Assembly (NCBI RefSeq): GCF_000002075.1
Contig: NW_004797283.1
Span: 1,021,581 to 1,085,580, forward strand
DNA: 64,000 nucleotides
Source: Aplysia californica
Lineage: Eukaryota
Reading direction: 5' to 3'
In this document: positions 1-12,083 of the stretch, piece by piece
Position numbering within the stretch: the first letter of the stretch is position 1
How the letters are laid out: the number at the start of each line of letters is the position of its first letter
The notes under the pieces: generated by a model
Seen by the model: the letters and a program-made list of their open reading frames with translations, nothing else
What the model was told of the DNA's origin: nothing
Database searches by the model: none
Position numbers and translations under genes: made by a program

Positions 1-399
1 TATATATATATACCTAGATTAGGTAATTGTGTTGAAACGTGGTGTAAATAGGCGCTGTCAAAAATACAAAAATCAAAGAACACCGACAAATTTTGCGTGG
101 GTTGGGAAATTTTCATTGATTTGTTGTTGTTTTTGTTGTTTTGGGCTCAACACCTTCTATGTTCATTTAGCAACACATTCCTGCTTGAATTTTACTGGAG
201 AAAAAAAACATTGATCAAAGGCACAGAAAATGTAAATTTGTAGTTTCCAGTGACGCTTCAGCTTTGGAAATCCCGAAACTTTTGACTGCCGTTTTCTCGC
301 TAATTTTACCTCTGACACCAGGCAACCCCGCCAAATTCAATCGCAGATATTTCCACTTCTTTTCAAGGTAGATATGTTTTTCATTTACTAAGTAAAAGA

Positions 400-970
400 A
401 CAGACTTTAGGAGTAAATCAAATTTTAACTGAAAAGTCCACATTGCTCTTAAATACAAGTATATAAACACGTATAAGTAAATCAGTTGTTTAAGTGAAAA
501 GCTCTCATTGCTCATATACGTAGGTTAAATACTTAAAAATTGAAAAGTCTACCTTGCTCCTAAATATGAATTTATGTAATTCAATTGTTTGAATATTGTA
601 AAATCCACATTGCTCCAAGGAAAAAAATAGTAATATGTAAATTAATTGTTTAAAACATTGTAAAATCCACTTTGCTCCTAAATAAACTATATTTACGCAA
701 AATAATTGTTTAGCTGAAAAGTGTACATTGCTCCTGCGTAAATTGATTGCTTAATTGAAAATGCCACATTGCTCCAAAATATAGATATATCATATAGGTG
801 CACACGTAGGCCTAAATCCATTGCTCAACTGAAAAGTTCACTTTGTTCCACATTCACATATTATTATAAAGACAGGCCTATACGTCAAAATTAATTATCT
901 AACTCGATAGTCAAAGTTGCTCCTAGATGTTGCCTAGTTATTATAAAGACGTAAATTAATTGTTTAACTA
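400..970. repeat. Degenerate minisatellite, about 55-65 bp unit
   Basis: AATTGTTTAA.TGAAAAGTCCACATTGCTCCTAAAT recurs about 9 times. Confidence 0.8.
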
Positions 971-2060
971 AACATTCGTTGAACAACTTTATTCATTTTC
1001 TGTAAAGTGCCAGGTTTCATTTCCTTCTGATATGTTCTTTCTTTTTCCCACCTTAAAACAAAATCTGATGATTCTGCATTATGTGAGCAGTGAGAACAGG
1101 ATTCTATTATGAACTCTGAATTATCTGAAGTTAGCAGAACTTTGAGCTCTGATTGGCATTATGGATTGATCTACATTTTATGTGCTTTGATTAAGACGCA
1201 CACATCGTTTTCGGATGCTTCTGGTTCAGTCCCTTCAAGAATCTGAAGGAGCTTCTTTCGATCTTATTCATGGCTTTTTGAAATGGAATGACATGTAGAT
1301 CTTGTCATACCACAAACATTATGGAGAGATGTAGTGTATGACTGATCTCCGCTGAAAGCGACGTTGAAATAATATTCAATGGCTAAGTGAGCAGTGAGTT
1401 CAGACTCAAATGACGTCTAGCAAGTGACGATGACACGGGGTTTATATGGGTGGTCACTGGGGTGTGTCCTTGAGCAAAACACGACAATCCAAGCTCAAAA
1501 TACAGGGCGCTGCACAGTAGCGACGTATGGTTGTAAATTGTTCTGTACTGATTTGTATTTATGTATATATACCTGTGCATGTATTTATGCATGCATATAT
1601 TCATAATTATGTATTTATGTATGTATACATGTATATATGAATGTTTGCCATTGTAAACCAAATTGCCCTTCTGGGATCNNNNNNNNNNNNNNNNNNNNNN
1701 NNNNNNNNNNNNNNNNNNNNNNNNNNNNNNNNNNNNNNNNNNNNNNNNNNNNNNNNNNNNNNNNNNNNNNNNNNNNNNNNNNNNNNNNNNNNNNNNNNNN
1801 NNNNNNNNNNNNNNNNNNNNNNNNNNNNNNNNNNNNNNNNNNNNNNNNNNNNNNNNNNNNNNNNNNNNNNNNNNNNNNNNNNNNNNNNNNNNNNNNNNNN
1901 NNNNNNNNNNNNNNNNNNNNNNNNNNNNNNNNNNNNNNNNNNNNNNNNNNNNNNNNNNNNNNNNNNNNNNNNNNNNNNNNNNNNNNNNNNNNNNNNNNNN
2001 NNATCTACCCAACACCCACCTCTTCAGCTACTCTGACACAGTACACCATGAACATAACTA

Positions 2061-2860
2061 CAGTGAAATCCTGTTATAACGAGAGGGAGGGGACCGAAGC
2101 AAAATGTCCGTTATAGCAGGATTCTCGCTATACGGGATCCAGTAATAAATTCAAGGGAAACTGTAAAGTAGGCCTAATCTATGAGTTTGGTGTTCTGTTT
2201 TTCCTTTTGCTATCTCCCCTGATGATGATTTTGTTTCAACATGACCTCTAGGTCTTACTTGATCAAAAATCGAATCAGGTTTGGTTCTCTAGCGCTAGAT
2301 CTAGCGATGTGGACTGACAGCTCGGCGTTGGCGATCAGAAAGAAAGGGCTCTGGGCTAACTCGCCCGCTGTGTTTTCCCCCACCCCACCACACCCTGTGG
2401 TGCATTCTGTCTGCTTGTGCACGTCACACATTCGCTCCATCCATCACATTGCTGTGACCTCTCCATCCTCGCATCGGAGAAGTGAGAGGTATGGCAGGTC
2501 TTGATAATCTAAACTGGCCTATCACGCGATGCGTTCTGCTTGTCTGCGCATGCCACACCCTCCCTACTCAGTTGCTCCGGTCTTCATTGTTGACGCACAT
2601 GGGCTCTCCTATTCTTTGTTTTGCAAGATCAGCAACAAGTTTCTCAACTGGCGAGGTCTAGCATTATGTATAATTGGCCTATGCCATGTGTGCACAGCAG
2701 CAGCAATATTTCGCTATAACCGACTCGCAAGTGTGTCTGATAGCGCTATAGCAGTATTTTATTTACAAAGGTAAAGAGGAGAAAAAAACGGGGATTTAGA
2801 ATAGTGCCTTTATAACAGACTTCTCGTTTTTTCCGGACTCGTTATAAGTGGACTCCACTG
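2061..2860. mobile_element. pogo/Tigger-like MITE
   Basis: TA-CAGTGAAATCCTGTTATAACGAG ... CTCGTTATAAGTGGACTCCACTG-TA. Confidence 0.75.
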
Positions 2861-3063
2861 TAGTTAAGTGTTATTCATTGATTTGTTAAACGTAAACTTT
2901 AGCCCTCCATTCGGAAATTACTTTCTCTAGAAAACAGAACCAGGGGTCTCCACTTTCTGTGAGGCCACATGTTGGGTTGCTGTGACGATATGCGAGAAAG
3001 ACGCCTTTCACTTACATGTACTTAAAGAATGGGGGGGGGGGGGGGGCAGGTCCGAATTTGATC

Positions 3064-3640
3064 ATAATAATGATAATAATAAATGACATTTATATAGCGC
3101 TCAACCCTGAATAAAGTACACAGGCTCTGAGCGCTTTACAATACAGTACAACATACAACAGTAACATGAAACGTTGTGTTCTGACTAAAGAAAATTATTC
3201 CAAATATTCATCTTATTAATTTAAAAACAGAAACGACTTCAGCTGACATTTGGATGAATCAAAAGATTTGATTTCTCTCAACGTACTTGGTAAAGCATCC
3301 CAGATCTTAAGGCCTTGGTATTCAAATGCCCTTTCACCCATTGTTTTAAGTTTCATAGATGGTAAAATAAATTTCTTTTTGTCAGCTGATGACCTTAAAC
3401 TGCGAGTTGGGATGTACAGTCTTAACAGATTTGATAAATATGATGGTGCATTATCATTCAAACATTTGTGACATATAGTGGCCAACTTGAACACAATCCT
3501 CTTCTCAACAGGAAGCCAATGCAAAGTTCGTAAAAGAGGTTTAGCAGAGTCTCGATTTCTTTTCCGTAAAAACTTAACGTGCTGCATTGTTTTGGGCAGT
3601 TTGAAGTCTTGTATGGAATACAACATGTATTGATTCTGTG
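3064..3640 (-). mobile_element. L2/CR1-group LINE 3' end
   Basis: PLLRTLHWLPVEKRIVFK...APSYL...RSLRSS...GERAF...WDALP; 3' AGCGCT hairpin and (TTA)n-type tail. Confidence 0.82.
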
Positions 3641-4161
3641 TAAGGATAAAGACAGATAGTACAGACAGAAACTTACGTGAAGTTCTCCACCGATGTTATT
3701 GTAGAACTGTAGGCTCCAGAAGATAAGGTGAGAATGAGACATTTGGAAATACTTAAAGGTGGGGCATAGCAGCTGTGTAGTTTACGCCACATTGCGGCTG
3801 CACCGTGGAGGAGCGACTTTCACGTCATCGTCAGGTGTAAGTGGTTGTTACAGTATGGAATACAGCTAGACGATGTTGGTTATATCCCGTCTCGATTTTT
3901 AGTGAAAAGAAATATGTCGAATCATCGTGAATTCGAGGAAAAGGGGGTGGGGGTGGGGGGACTGGGGGGTTGTTTGTTGTTGGGTTTGGTGTTTGTTTTT
4001 GGTTTTATTTTTGGTTTTCTTCTTTTCTCGGCTAATTCCAAGTATGAATTTCTACAGACAAAAAAAAGTTATAACGTAGTTCACATAGACTCTAGACATG
4101 AACACATGACCGCATGACGTTGTATTCTCCATGACGTCACTGACATTGGGCCATCTCACTA

Positions 4162-4966
4162 AAGTAGAACATGACTATAGCGGCACCTGCTACAACGGGA
4201 CCATCCCTACAGCGGGACGTTACCGGGATCCCCGGGGGGGTTTTCTAAGTTAATTCAATTACCTGTGCTCTGGTTTAGCGGGGCAAGGAAAGGCCCAAAC
4301 TCGGATACTGCGGGAGAGATTGGGTGAGCTCTAGCTGGGGGAAAAGGTTTTGGGGGGCTGTTGGTGGGCTCCAAACAGGCAGTCTGCGGTGCGGCGTTGT
4401 GATTGGCAAGTCCAGTGATTAGTGAGGTGGGTCAGGCGGCAGAGAAATGGTGCGGAGGGACGCATTACGTGGGCCACTCCAAAAGTGATGTGCTGTAGCT
4501 TAGACACTCAGTATGAGAGCGTATAGGCCATAGCCCTAGACCTAGGCTAGGCAAAAAAGTTTTAAAAAGAGAGGAGAGAGTGTAGTGTGTGATTCCTGAT
4601 TCATTCATTTACGATCGTTTATGCTCAGCAGGCATACGCACGCATCCACTTCACCAGTTATCTACAATAGGCTAGGCCTACCAGTACGATAGACAGCACA
4701 AGCAACGGGACCGAGGAAAAGACGGCTTCCAACAAAGACAAAAGGAAATGCTTCTCACTCGAATTAAAGGCCAAGACAGTCAACGAAGTTGCCAATAAAA
4801 GGAAGACTAATCTGAAGCGCAAATTTTATTGATATGGAAGGGGGGTAATCATGTGGATTTTTAGAAAAATTACGGTAATTTCCCTTTGCATTCTTATAGC
4901 AGGAACTCGCTTACAGCGGGATTTTTCTTCTGGAATCAAAAGTCCCGCTATAACTGTGTTCTACTA
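4162..4966 (+). mobile_element. pogo/Tigger-like deletion derivative
   Basis: Imperfect TIRs AGTAGAACA..TATAGCGG with TA flanks; remnant KRKCFSLELKAK (about 4740-4790) resembles a CENP-B/pogo N-terminal HTH start. Confidence 0.6.
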
Positions 4967-5273
4967 TACTCTAGACTACAGCAGAACCCAAACAGTGTGC
5001 GGTACAGTGTGCTGATCTACTTTTTAGTCTCTTCTGTCCGACTGTTCGGTACATTAAGCAAGCGGCTAACGTCGAAGAGAAAGCACAATGCGTAAAGCCC
5101 AGTTCAGACTGCAGTTATTAAAGGATGTCGATTAGACCCCAAAAAATTCAAAAAGTGAAATTTGCCGCAAGCATGGCAATTCCAACTCAAAGCTGTCAAC
5201 AGTCATTGCCAGGGCCGTCGAGAGCCTGGTCGGGCCCAGGGGCAGCAATCACCTTCGGGCCCCTCCTCCCCCC

Positions 5274-6046
5274 NNNNNNNNNNNNNNNNNNNNNNNNNNN
5301 NNNNNNNNNNNNNNNNNNNNNNNNNNNNNNNNNNNNNNNNNNNNNNNNNNNNNNNNNNNNNNNNNNNNNNNNNNNNNNNNNNNNNNNNNNNNNNNNNNNN
5401 NNNNNNNNNNNNNNNNNNNNNNNNNNNNNNNNNNNNNNNNNNNNNNNNNNNNNNNNNNNNNNNNNNNNNNNNNNNNNNNNNNNNNNNNNNNNNNNNNNNN
5501 NNNNNNNNNNNNNNNNNNNNNNNNNNNNNNNNNNNNNNNNNNNNNNNNNNNNNNNNNNNNNNNNNNNNNNNNNNNNNNNNNNNNNNNNNNNNNNNNNNNN
5601 NNNNNNNNNNNNNNNNNNNNNNNNNNNNNNNNNNNNNNNNNNNNNNNNNNNNNNNNNNNNNNNNNNNNNNNNNNNNNNNNNNNNNNNNNNNNNNNNNNNN
5701 NNNNNNNNNNNNNNNNNNNNNNNNNNNNNNNNNNNNNNNNNNNNNNNNNNNNNNNNNNNNNNNNNNNNNNNNNNNNNNNNNNNNNNNNNNNNNNNNNNNN
5801 NNNNNNNNNNNNNNNNNNNNNNNNNNNNNNNNNNNNNNNNNNNNNNNNNNNNNNNNNNNNNNNNNNNNNNNNNNNNNNNNNNNNNNNNNNNNNNNNNNNN
5901 NNNNNNNNNNNNNNNNNNNNNNNNNNNNNNNNNNNNNNNNNNNNNNNNNNNNNNNNNNNNNNNNNNNNNNNNNNNNNNNNNNNNNNNNNNNNNNNNNNNN
6001 NNNNNNNNNNNNNNNNNNNNNNNNNNNNNNNNNNNNNNNNNNNNNN
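5274..6046. other. Assembly gap (others at 1679-2002, 6798-6985, 49085-49242, 56084-56193, 57142-57241)
   Basis: Runs of N. Confidence 0.99.
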
Positions 6047-6598
6047 TCCGCGAGAAAAAAGCTCCCTAACTCCAACTTGTGGCTCCCACAGAGCTCCAGC
6101 AGTTATCGAAAATCAAGATGACATACAACCTGCCTCATTCAGCTGTATTCCTTACTATAGCTGATTATACATGTACCACACAATGACGTCAAAGTCGATC
6201 TCCCCTAATAGAATTAAAGCACCCCCCCCCCCCCCCCACTCCCCCCGGATGGTAGCATGCTGGACTTCGGAGCGGATGATTCGTAAGAACGCTGAATACT
6301 TGAATCGATGTAATATAGGCATCGCACATTATGCTCTTAGCCTACCGGATAATAGATCTGACGGCGAAAGAGACAGGGGTAGAACAAAAACCCCAATGTA
6401 CTTTCCAAGATTAATTGAACAAATGGGTGTCCGCAGAGAGTATTTAATTATATTTTAGTGTCTCTGGTGTCCGGGAGGAAAGGCTAGAAAAACATCGCTG
6501 GGAATTGTGGGGGGGGGGGGGGAGTTGTTGTTTTGTTCTGTTTGTTTGTTGCTTCTTTTAAGCATCTCAGCAGAGAAATGAGCAGAGAAACATAAACA

Positions 6599-6600
<2 letters not shown>

Positions 6601-6671
<71 letters not shown>
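6601..6671. repeat. (ATA)n microsatellite
   Basis: Direct observation. Confidence 0.95.
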
Positions 6672-6673
<2 letters not shown>

Positions 6674-9066
6674 ATGTACAATGATATGTAGATCTATCTA
6701 GCCTGTAAGCTACCGAGGTACCCATTAGCCATGACGACGCGCCGCGATTCGCCAGACCCAATGGCTAATTCAATAAAGACCTGCAGATGAAGACGATNNN
6801 NNNNNNNNNNNNNNNNNNNNNNNNNNNNNNNNNNNNNNNNNNNNNNNNNNNNNNNNNNNNNNNNNNNNNNNNNNNNNNNNNNNNNNNNNNNNNNNNNNNN
6901 NNNNNNNNNNNNNNNNNNNNNNNNNNNNNNNNNNNNNNNNNNNNNNNNNNNNNNNNNNNNNNNNNNNNNNNNNNNNNNNNNNNNNAGAGTAAGCCCTATC
7001 CTAATATCATCGGCATACAAGTAGGCATAGGCTAAGGTCTGCCTGCATGTACTATAAAAATTACTCAGCCAAATTTCAACAATGAATGAATGTTCTTTCG
7101 TTAAAGGCCACCTCTATTCTCACCCGGAGTGAAAATAGTGCAGGCGAGTCTTGTGGCTATTCTCACCCGGTGCGCGTTCACCAAATTTTGCGTTCACCCT
7201 AAACCATAGAATTCTACACTGTGAGGAAAAATTGTAGAATTCTGTGCCGTGAACAAACGTTCCATTACAACTGTAGCCTACTAAAAGCGTACAATTTTGT
7301 CTGTGGGCAGTGGAGAGAGAGAGAGAAAGAGAGAGAGGAGTAGCGCGAGAATTTCCGGGCAAAACAAAATGGCGACCCGCGTAGTTCGGCTCGATTCGAA
7401 AAGTTAAATAGCCGTAGCATCTTTGTAGACAACCAAATTTATTTACTTTTGTGTTTTAACATCATTTTTTAACTTTGTTTTGGTCAATTTGATCGTCCAC
7501 ACCGATAGACAGTATTCAGAAAGAGACAGAGAGAGAAAGAAGAGGGGAGGAGTTGATCTTGCGAGAACTTCCGGGCGGGTGAGAATAGCCACTTTCTTCG
7601 TGGAAAAACAATTGGAAAATAAAATTCAATTCACACAACAAATCATTCATGTTCTATCTTTGTGAGTGTCAGTCAGGGCTGCCAGTTTGGCCCCAAATTG
7701 CTCAAATTTGGTTCTTTGGGATCATGACTGGCCCCCCCAAAAATAGTTGGCCCGGTTGGCCCCAATTTGACCCATTTTAGATCCCCCCCCCAACCCCCAA
7801 AAGAAAAAACAAATGAAATAAAATAAAAGCAACGAGATTTTTGCCACACACAAAAAAAGCATTTATTAGTCCCAAATGGTTGGCAGTGAAGAGAGCGGCT
7901 GCGTGGAATAATGGCTGATCAAGAAAGTCGTGTTTACATTGTGGATCTTGCAGAGGATTCTAGCGTCAAGACAGCTCACAAACATTAATTTAGCTTTGTT
8001 CAGTGAGTCGTCCCCATGAAGGAACCAAGGCATGACCACTGACAGTGACAGGATGAACAGTAGCGTGCACTGATGACTGAAAAGGGTCAGGTATCGTACC
8101 GTAATCAATCATACTTATAATTGATTTACTAATGTTATTTAGATCTAATTTGGTTGAATATTTATTTATTTTATTCACAAAGATGGGGGGAGGGGGGGGT
8201 TAAATACAATGGCCGAAATCCGATGAGTTTTGGAGGGGGGGGGGGGGGGGTAAGTATGGTTTGGCCCCAAAAAATCAAGTTTGGCCCCAAATTGTGATAT
8301 TGTTGGCCCCACACCACAAAAAAAGTGGGAATTTACCGTCGTTTATTTTTAGATGATCTAAATTCCAGGAAGTGGTAGTGTTACAGGAAGCCTTGTCTTG
8401 CCTACAAAACTTTGAAGCAGTTTGTCGAAAAACACTCGCCGAAACACCAAAAGACGTGGAATTACGATAGCCTAGAGATCTAGATCTAGATATCTATATA
8501 TAATATATCAATGAAACGGTACTTTTGAGTGATCAATCATCCATTGGAAATTGGAACCAAAGAAGAACGCCAGTCCAACAATAGTGTCAATAGGCATAGG
8601 ACCAGATCTTGTAAGTTTTGACTGAATTATCCTGTTTAGTAACGTCTTGTCTAGCTTTTACTTTTGATTTAGATATCTAGATATTAGATCTAGAGATAAG
8701 CCTACATTTCATAATAGGCCTAGTGTACTTAATTGTTTCGAATATGACGACTTTACATTTTGGGGCATTGATCCATATAAGGTCTTTTTAGTCCGAAATT
8801 CAGACTTTTGGCCCCAAGAGTAGGGGGGTTTCAGGGGGAGGGGGGGCATGCCCCCCTGAATTTTACCACAATTTAATGTTTTGCTGTTGTTAGGTTTGAT
8901 ATCTTAGCTTACCGCGAATCAAACGTATAGATCTAGATCTAGATCTAGATGTAGGTCAGGCTCAAATAAGGGGGGTGGGAACTACCGAAAAAGCAGCACA
9001 CAATCAATCTATCAGTCCTCACAATCACATGATCGATAACCTGATGATGTTTGGTTGCCGTGTTTT

Positions 9067-9090
9067 AGTTTCAGTTTCAGTTTCAGTTTT
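9067..9090 (+). promoter_or_regulatory. Tandem ISRE/IRF-E-like element
   Basis: AGTTTCAGTTTCAGTTTCAGTTTT matches AGTTTCNNTTTC in overlapping copies and lies upstream of an antiviral sensor gene. Confidence 0.5.
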
Positions 9091-9099
9091 TGACAGTGG

Positions 9100-9318
9100 G
9101 GCGTTTTTAAGTTTTAGTTAGAATTGGAAGAAGATTCCTTCCAGTTTGGTAGGCCTACTAGCAGCCTAGGAGACCTTGGCTTGTGTCTTGTTCTCCTCAA
9201 CAGTGAACAGCCTGCAGCTATAGACTAGACTATAGAATAGCCTGCCAACTAGGCTCTCCCGCTTCAAATCGAGAGAACATCAAAATTTTGTGCAATTTTA
9301 TCAACTGTGGTCAGTGTG
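9100..9318 (+). other. Putative non-coding first exon (5' UTR) of the RLR gene; start approximate
   Basis: ATG-free stretch just downstream of the ISRE-like array, ending at the donor GTG|GTGAGT (GT at 9319). It would splice to the TTTTCAG acceptor at 14407. Confidence 0.4.
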
Positions 9319-12010
9319 GTGAGTAGGCAGTTACATGTCTTAATAATTGTTCAGTTTACAAAGGTTTTTTTGTTTCATTTTTCGCAGTGGCTACGTTCAC
9401 TGTTTCGTGAACGTAGTCACATTCACTGTGCCATGAACTTAGTCTGCCAGCAGTTTGCAGGCGCTGTTGAGGCTACGTTCACGGCACTCAAGCTTTGTTT
9501 AGATGGAGCGTTCACTGCCAGTTTTAGTAAGCTGGTTTTAGTCAGTGACGACAGTGACGTATATTTAATATTTTGGTCTGCTTCAAGCGTTCCATCCCAT
9601 GAGATGAAGGAAAACGAAGCAGTGATCCTTGACCGATCGACCATTCGTCGTTTTCCCTTACACTGAGCTCTGGCTCAGAGCTCGCCAGTGTAAGGCGGGA
9701 AAACGACAAACTCTCAATTACGCAACAACGGTTTAGGAATATGACTAAAATGTATACATGCCTTTCAAGATGTTTCAATTGCCCTATCTCGTTTCCGGGC
9801 GAGACTTGGGCGTGACCTTGTGTTAGCGCGTGACGGCCCGTGATATATGAGTGTAAACAAACATTCCAGCGCTCTCGAGTTGAAAGCGTGCAATTTTGTC
9901 TGCGCGCAGTGTGTGGGTGTGTGTGTGTGTGTGAAAAAGAGGGAGAGAGAGAGAGGGAGGGATCAGAGAGAGAGAGAGAGAAGGTGGGGGGGGGGAGAGG
10001 GAGGGAGAGACAGAGAAAAATGGAGAGAGGAGAGAGGGGGGAGGGGAAAGAGAAAGGGGAGAGAGAGACAGAAAGAGAGAGAGAGGGTGTTTGTTATTAT
10101 AATAAGAACTATTGATTCCCGTCATTTTCTCTCTGCGTCGGTTCCCAGGCTGACCCGCTGCAATAGTCATTATTGTACACATTTTATGACCAGTCCCATC
10201 TTCCAAATCCCACCTTCTGTTTCCCATCTCTCACCTCTTGTTTCCCTTGTACCATATCCAATTTCTATATATCCCATATATCCCGACTTTAATTCTGTCA
10301 GGGTGCTTCATTTTCATTCATCTCATGGGATGAAACACTTGAAGCTGGCCAATATGAATACGTCACTGTCGTCACTGACTAAAACCGGTGTATTTTAACT
10401 GGTAGTGGACGTTCCCCCTAAACGAAGCTTTCATTTTTAGTGAGTATATGACCCCAATGCTCCTAAAGATCAGTTGATTTATGACATTCCAGATTCCTGC
10501 ATAGATCTAGGCTAACATTAATAGTTATAAAATAATGACCTACTGAACCTGGTATTGTTTTACTTTCACACCCATCTTATCATGTCTTATGTTCGGATAT
10601 TATACATTGAATTTCTCATTCATTTTTAAGTTTCACACGAATTTCGACTTTATAATATCAGTCACTAAAGTGTTATCAGATAGGCCCCTATGTTTTCATT
10701 CAAATTAAATTATAATAGAAGGCCTATTTGAGTTGTAATATTTCACCCGTTTAAAAAAATCTTGGGTGTTTTAGAGGGACAAAGTAATTTATAATGTTTT
10801 GAGGAGTGAGATTTTCTTGAAAACAATTGATTTGCTATGGTTTTTATATGTTGTATGTGCAGCCAAAAATATAGCAGTTAAGCCCGAGAAGCAGTGCATT
10901 TGCAAGCAGGGAATTAAATTAAAGTTTTACCCAAAACTTACTTGTTTGTTTAATTGTTAGGAATTTATATATGGACACTGTCTAGAATCTCAATACCTGA
11001 CCCATTATTGTTCATTTTCGTTTGACTGCGGTTAATTGTAAGATAAAATGAAATCGCTCAGTTCAATCTTCTCAGATCTGTGCATAAGGGTCTGAAAGTT
11101 GGTTGACCAACAGAATCTGAAAGCCCATTCATAAAGCTCACTCTGAAGTTCTGAAACGTAATTATCTTTTATATAAGCCTAAAAGCCGCCTATATTCTCA
11201 TCCCTGGTGAGAATAGCCTATGACTCGCTATTCTCACCCCCTCTCCCCCCTGGACATTGACAGTGGTGTTGATCTCTATATTTTTTTTAATGTAATAGCG
11301 CGGCCAAAGTTCGGCCTGCTTCAAGCGTTCCATCCCATGAGATGAAGGAGCGCTCTTATAGAATTAAAGTCAGGATGGGATATACGATGCAGACTTTTGA
11401 AACAGATAATAATATGATTATCTTAACCAGATCTTTGCTTAATTAAATCTTTAATTAATGAACAACAAATACAATAATAATAATGTAAAAACATTTTCGC
11501 CTCTCCAGTAAAAAATATGTCTCACTACCGACGCTACTGCACGGGATGTGGGACCAGTCGCACCATTTGTTATTTACACACTTAACGATGGCAGGCCTCT
11601 CTGCCTGAACACAATAAATTTTGGTTCAAGGAACAGACAGCCTGTACAAACGTAACGAGACACGAGAATGAGACTTTGCTCTTGCACGATGGTAGAAGGG
11701 TTGTAAATTATTCAGACCAAATGGGCGAGGGCATTATCTAGAGATCTAAATCTTGTTTTAACTAGTTTAATAATTATTAAGTCCAAGCTCTTTTCTTCGC
11801 TTTTATTTTTTTTAAATTTTATATTCTTTCTTTTTTCTTGCCTCTCCTTTCCCCTTTTTCTTGAACATTTGGAGTTTGGAGCCAAAAAAGAGCCCGAGAG
11901 CCAAATGAAATTCCACGGGCCAGACATGATCCAAAAGAGCCAAATTTCTGGGATTTGGCTCCAAACTGACAAACCTAACTGACACGATCCTGTGGAGCAT
12001 CAGCCCTGAC

Positions 12011-12013
<3 letters not shown>

Positions 12014-12081
<68 letters not shown>
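12014..12081. repeat. (AC)n microsatellite
   Basis: Direct observation. Confidence 0.95.

Positions 12082-12083
<2 letters not shown>

Noticed and set aside
1383-7035. Long ORFs in the ORF track spanning X runs or poly-Y/poly-I
   Set aside because: Artefacts of N-gaps and the (ATA)n microsatellite.
7340-7385. YY1/ETS-like promoter motifs (TTCCGGG, AAAATGGCG)
   Set aside because: Embedded among repeated TE-like motifs and partly duplicated at 7561; no linked exon identified.
9823-10398. ORFs of 91-183 aa rich in ER/SL
   Set aside because: Translations of (GT)n/(GA)n low-complexity sequence.
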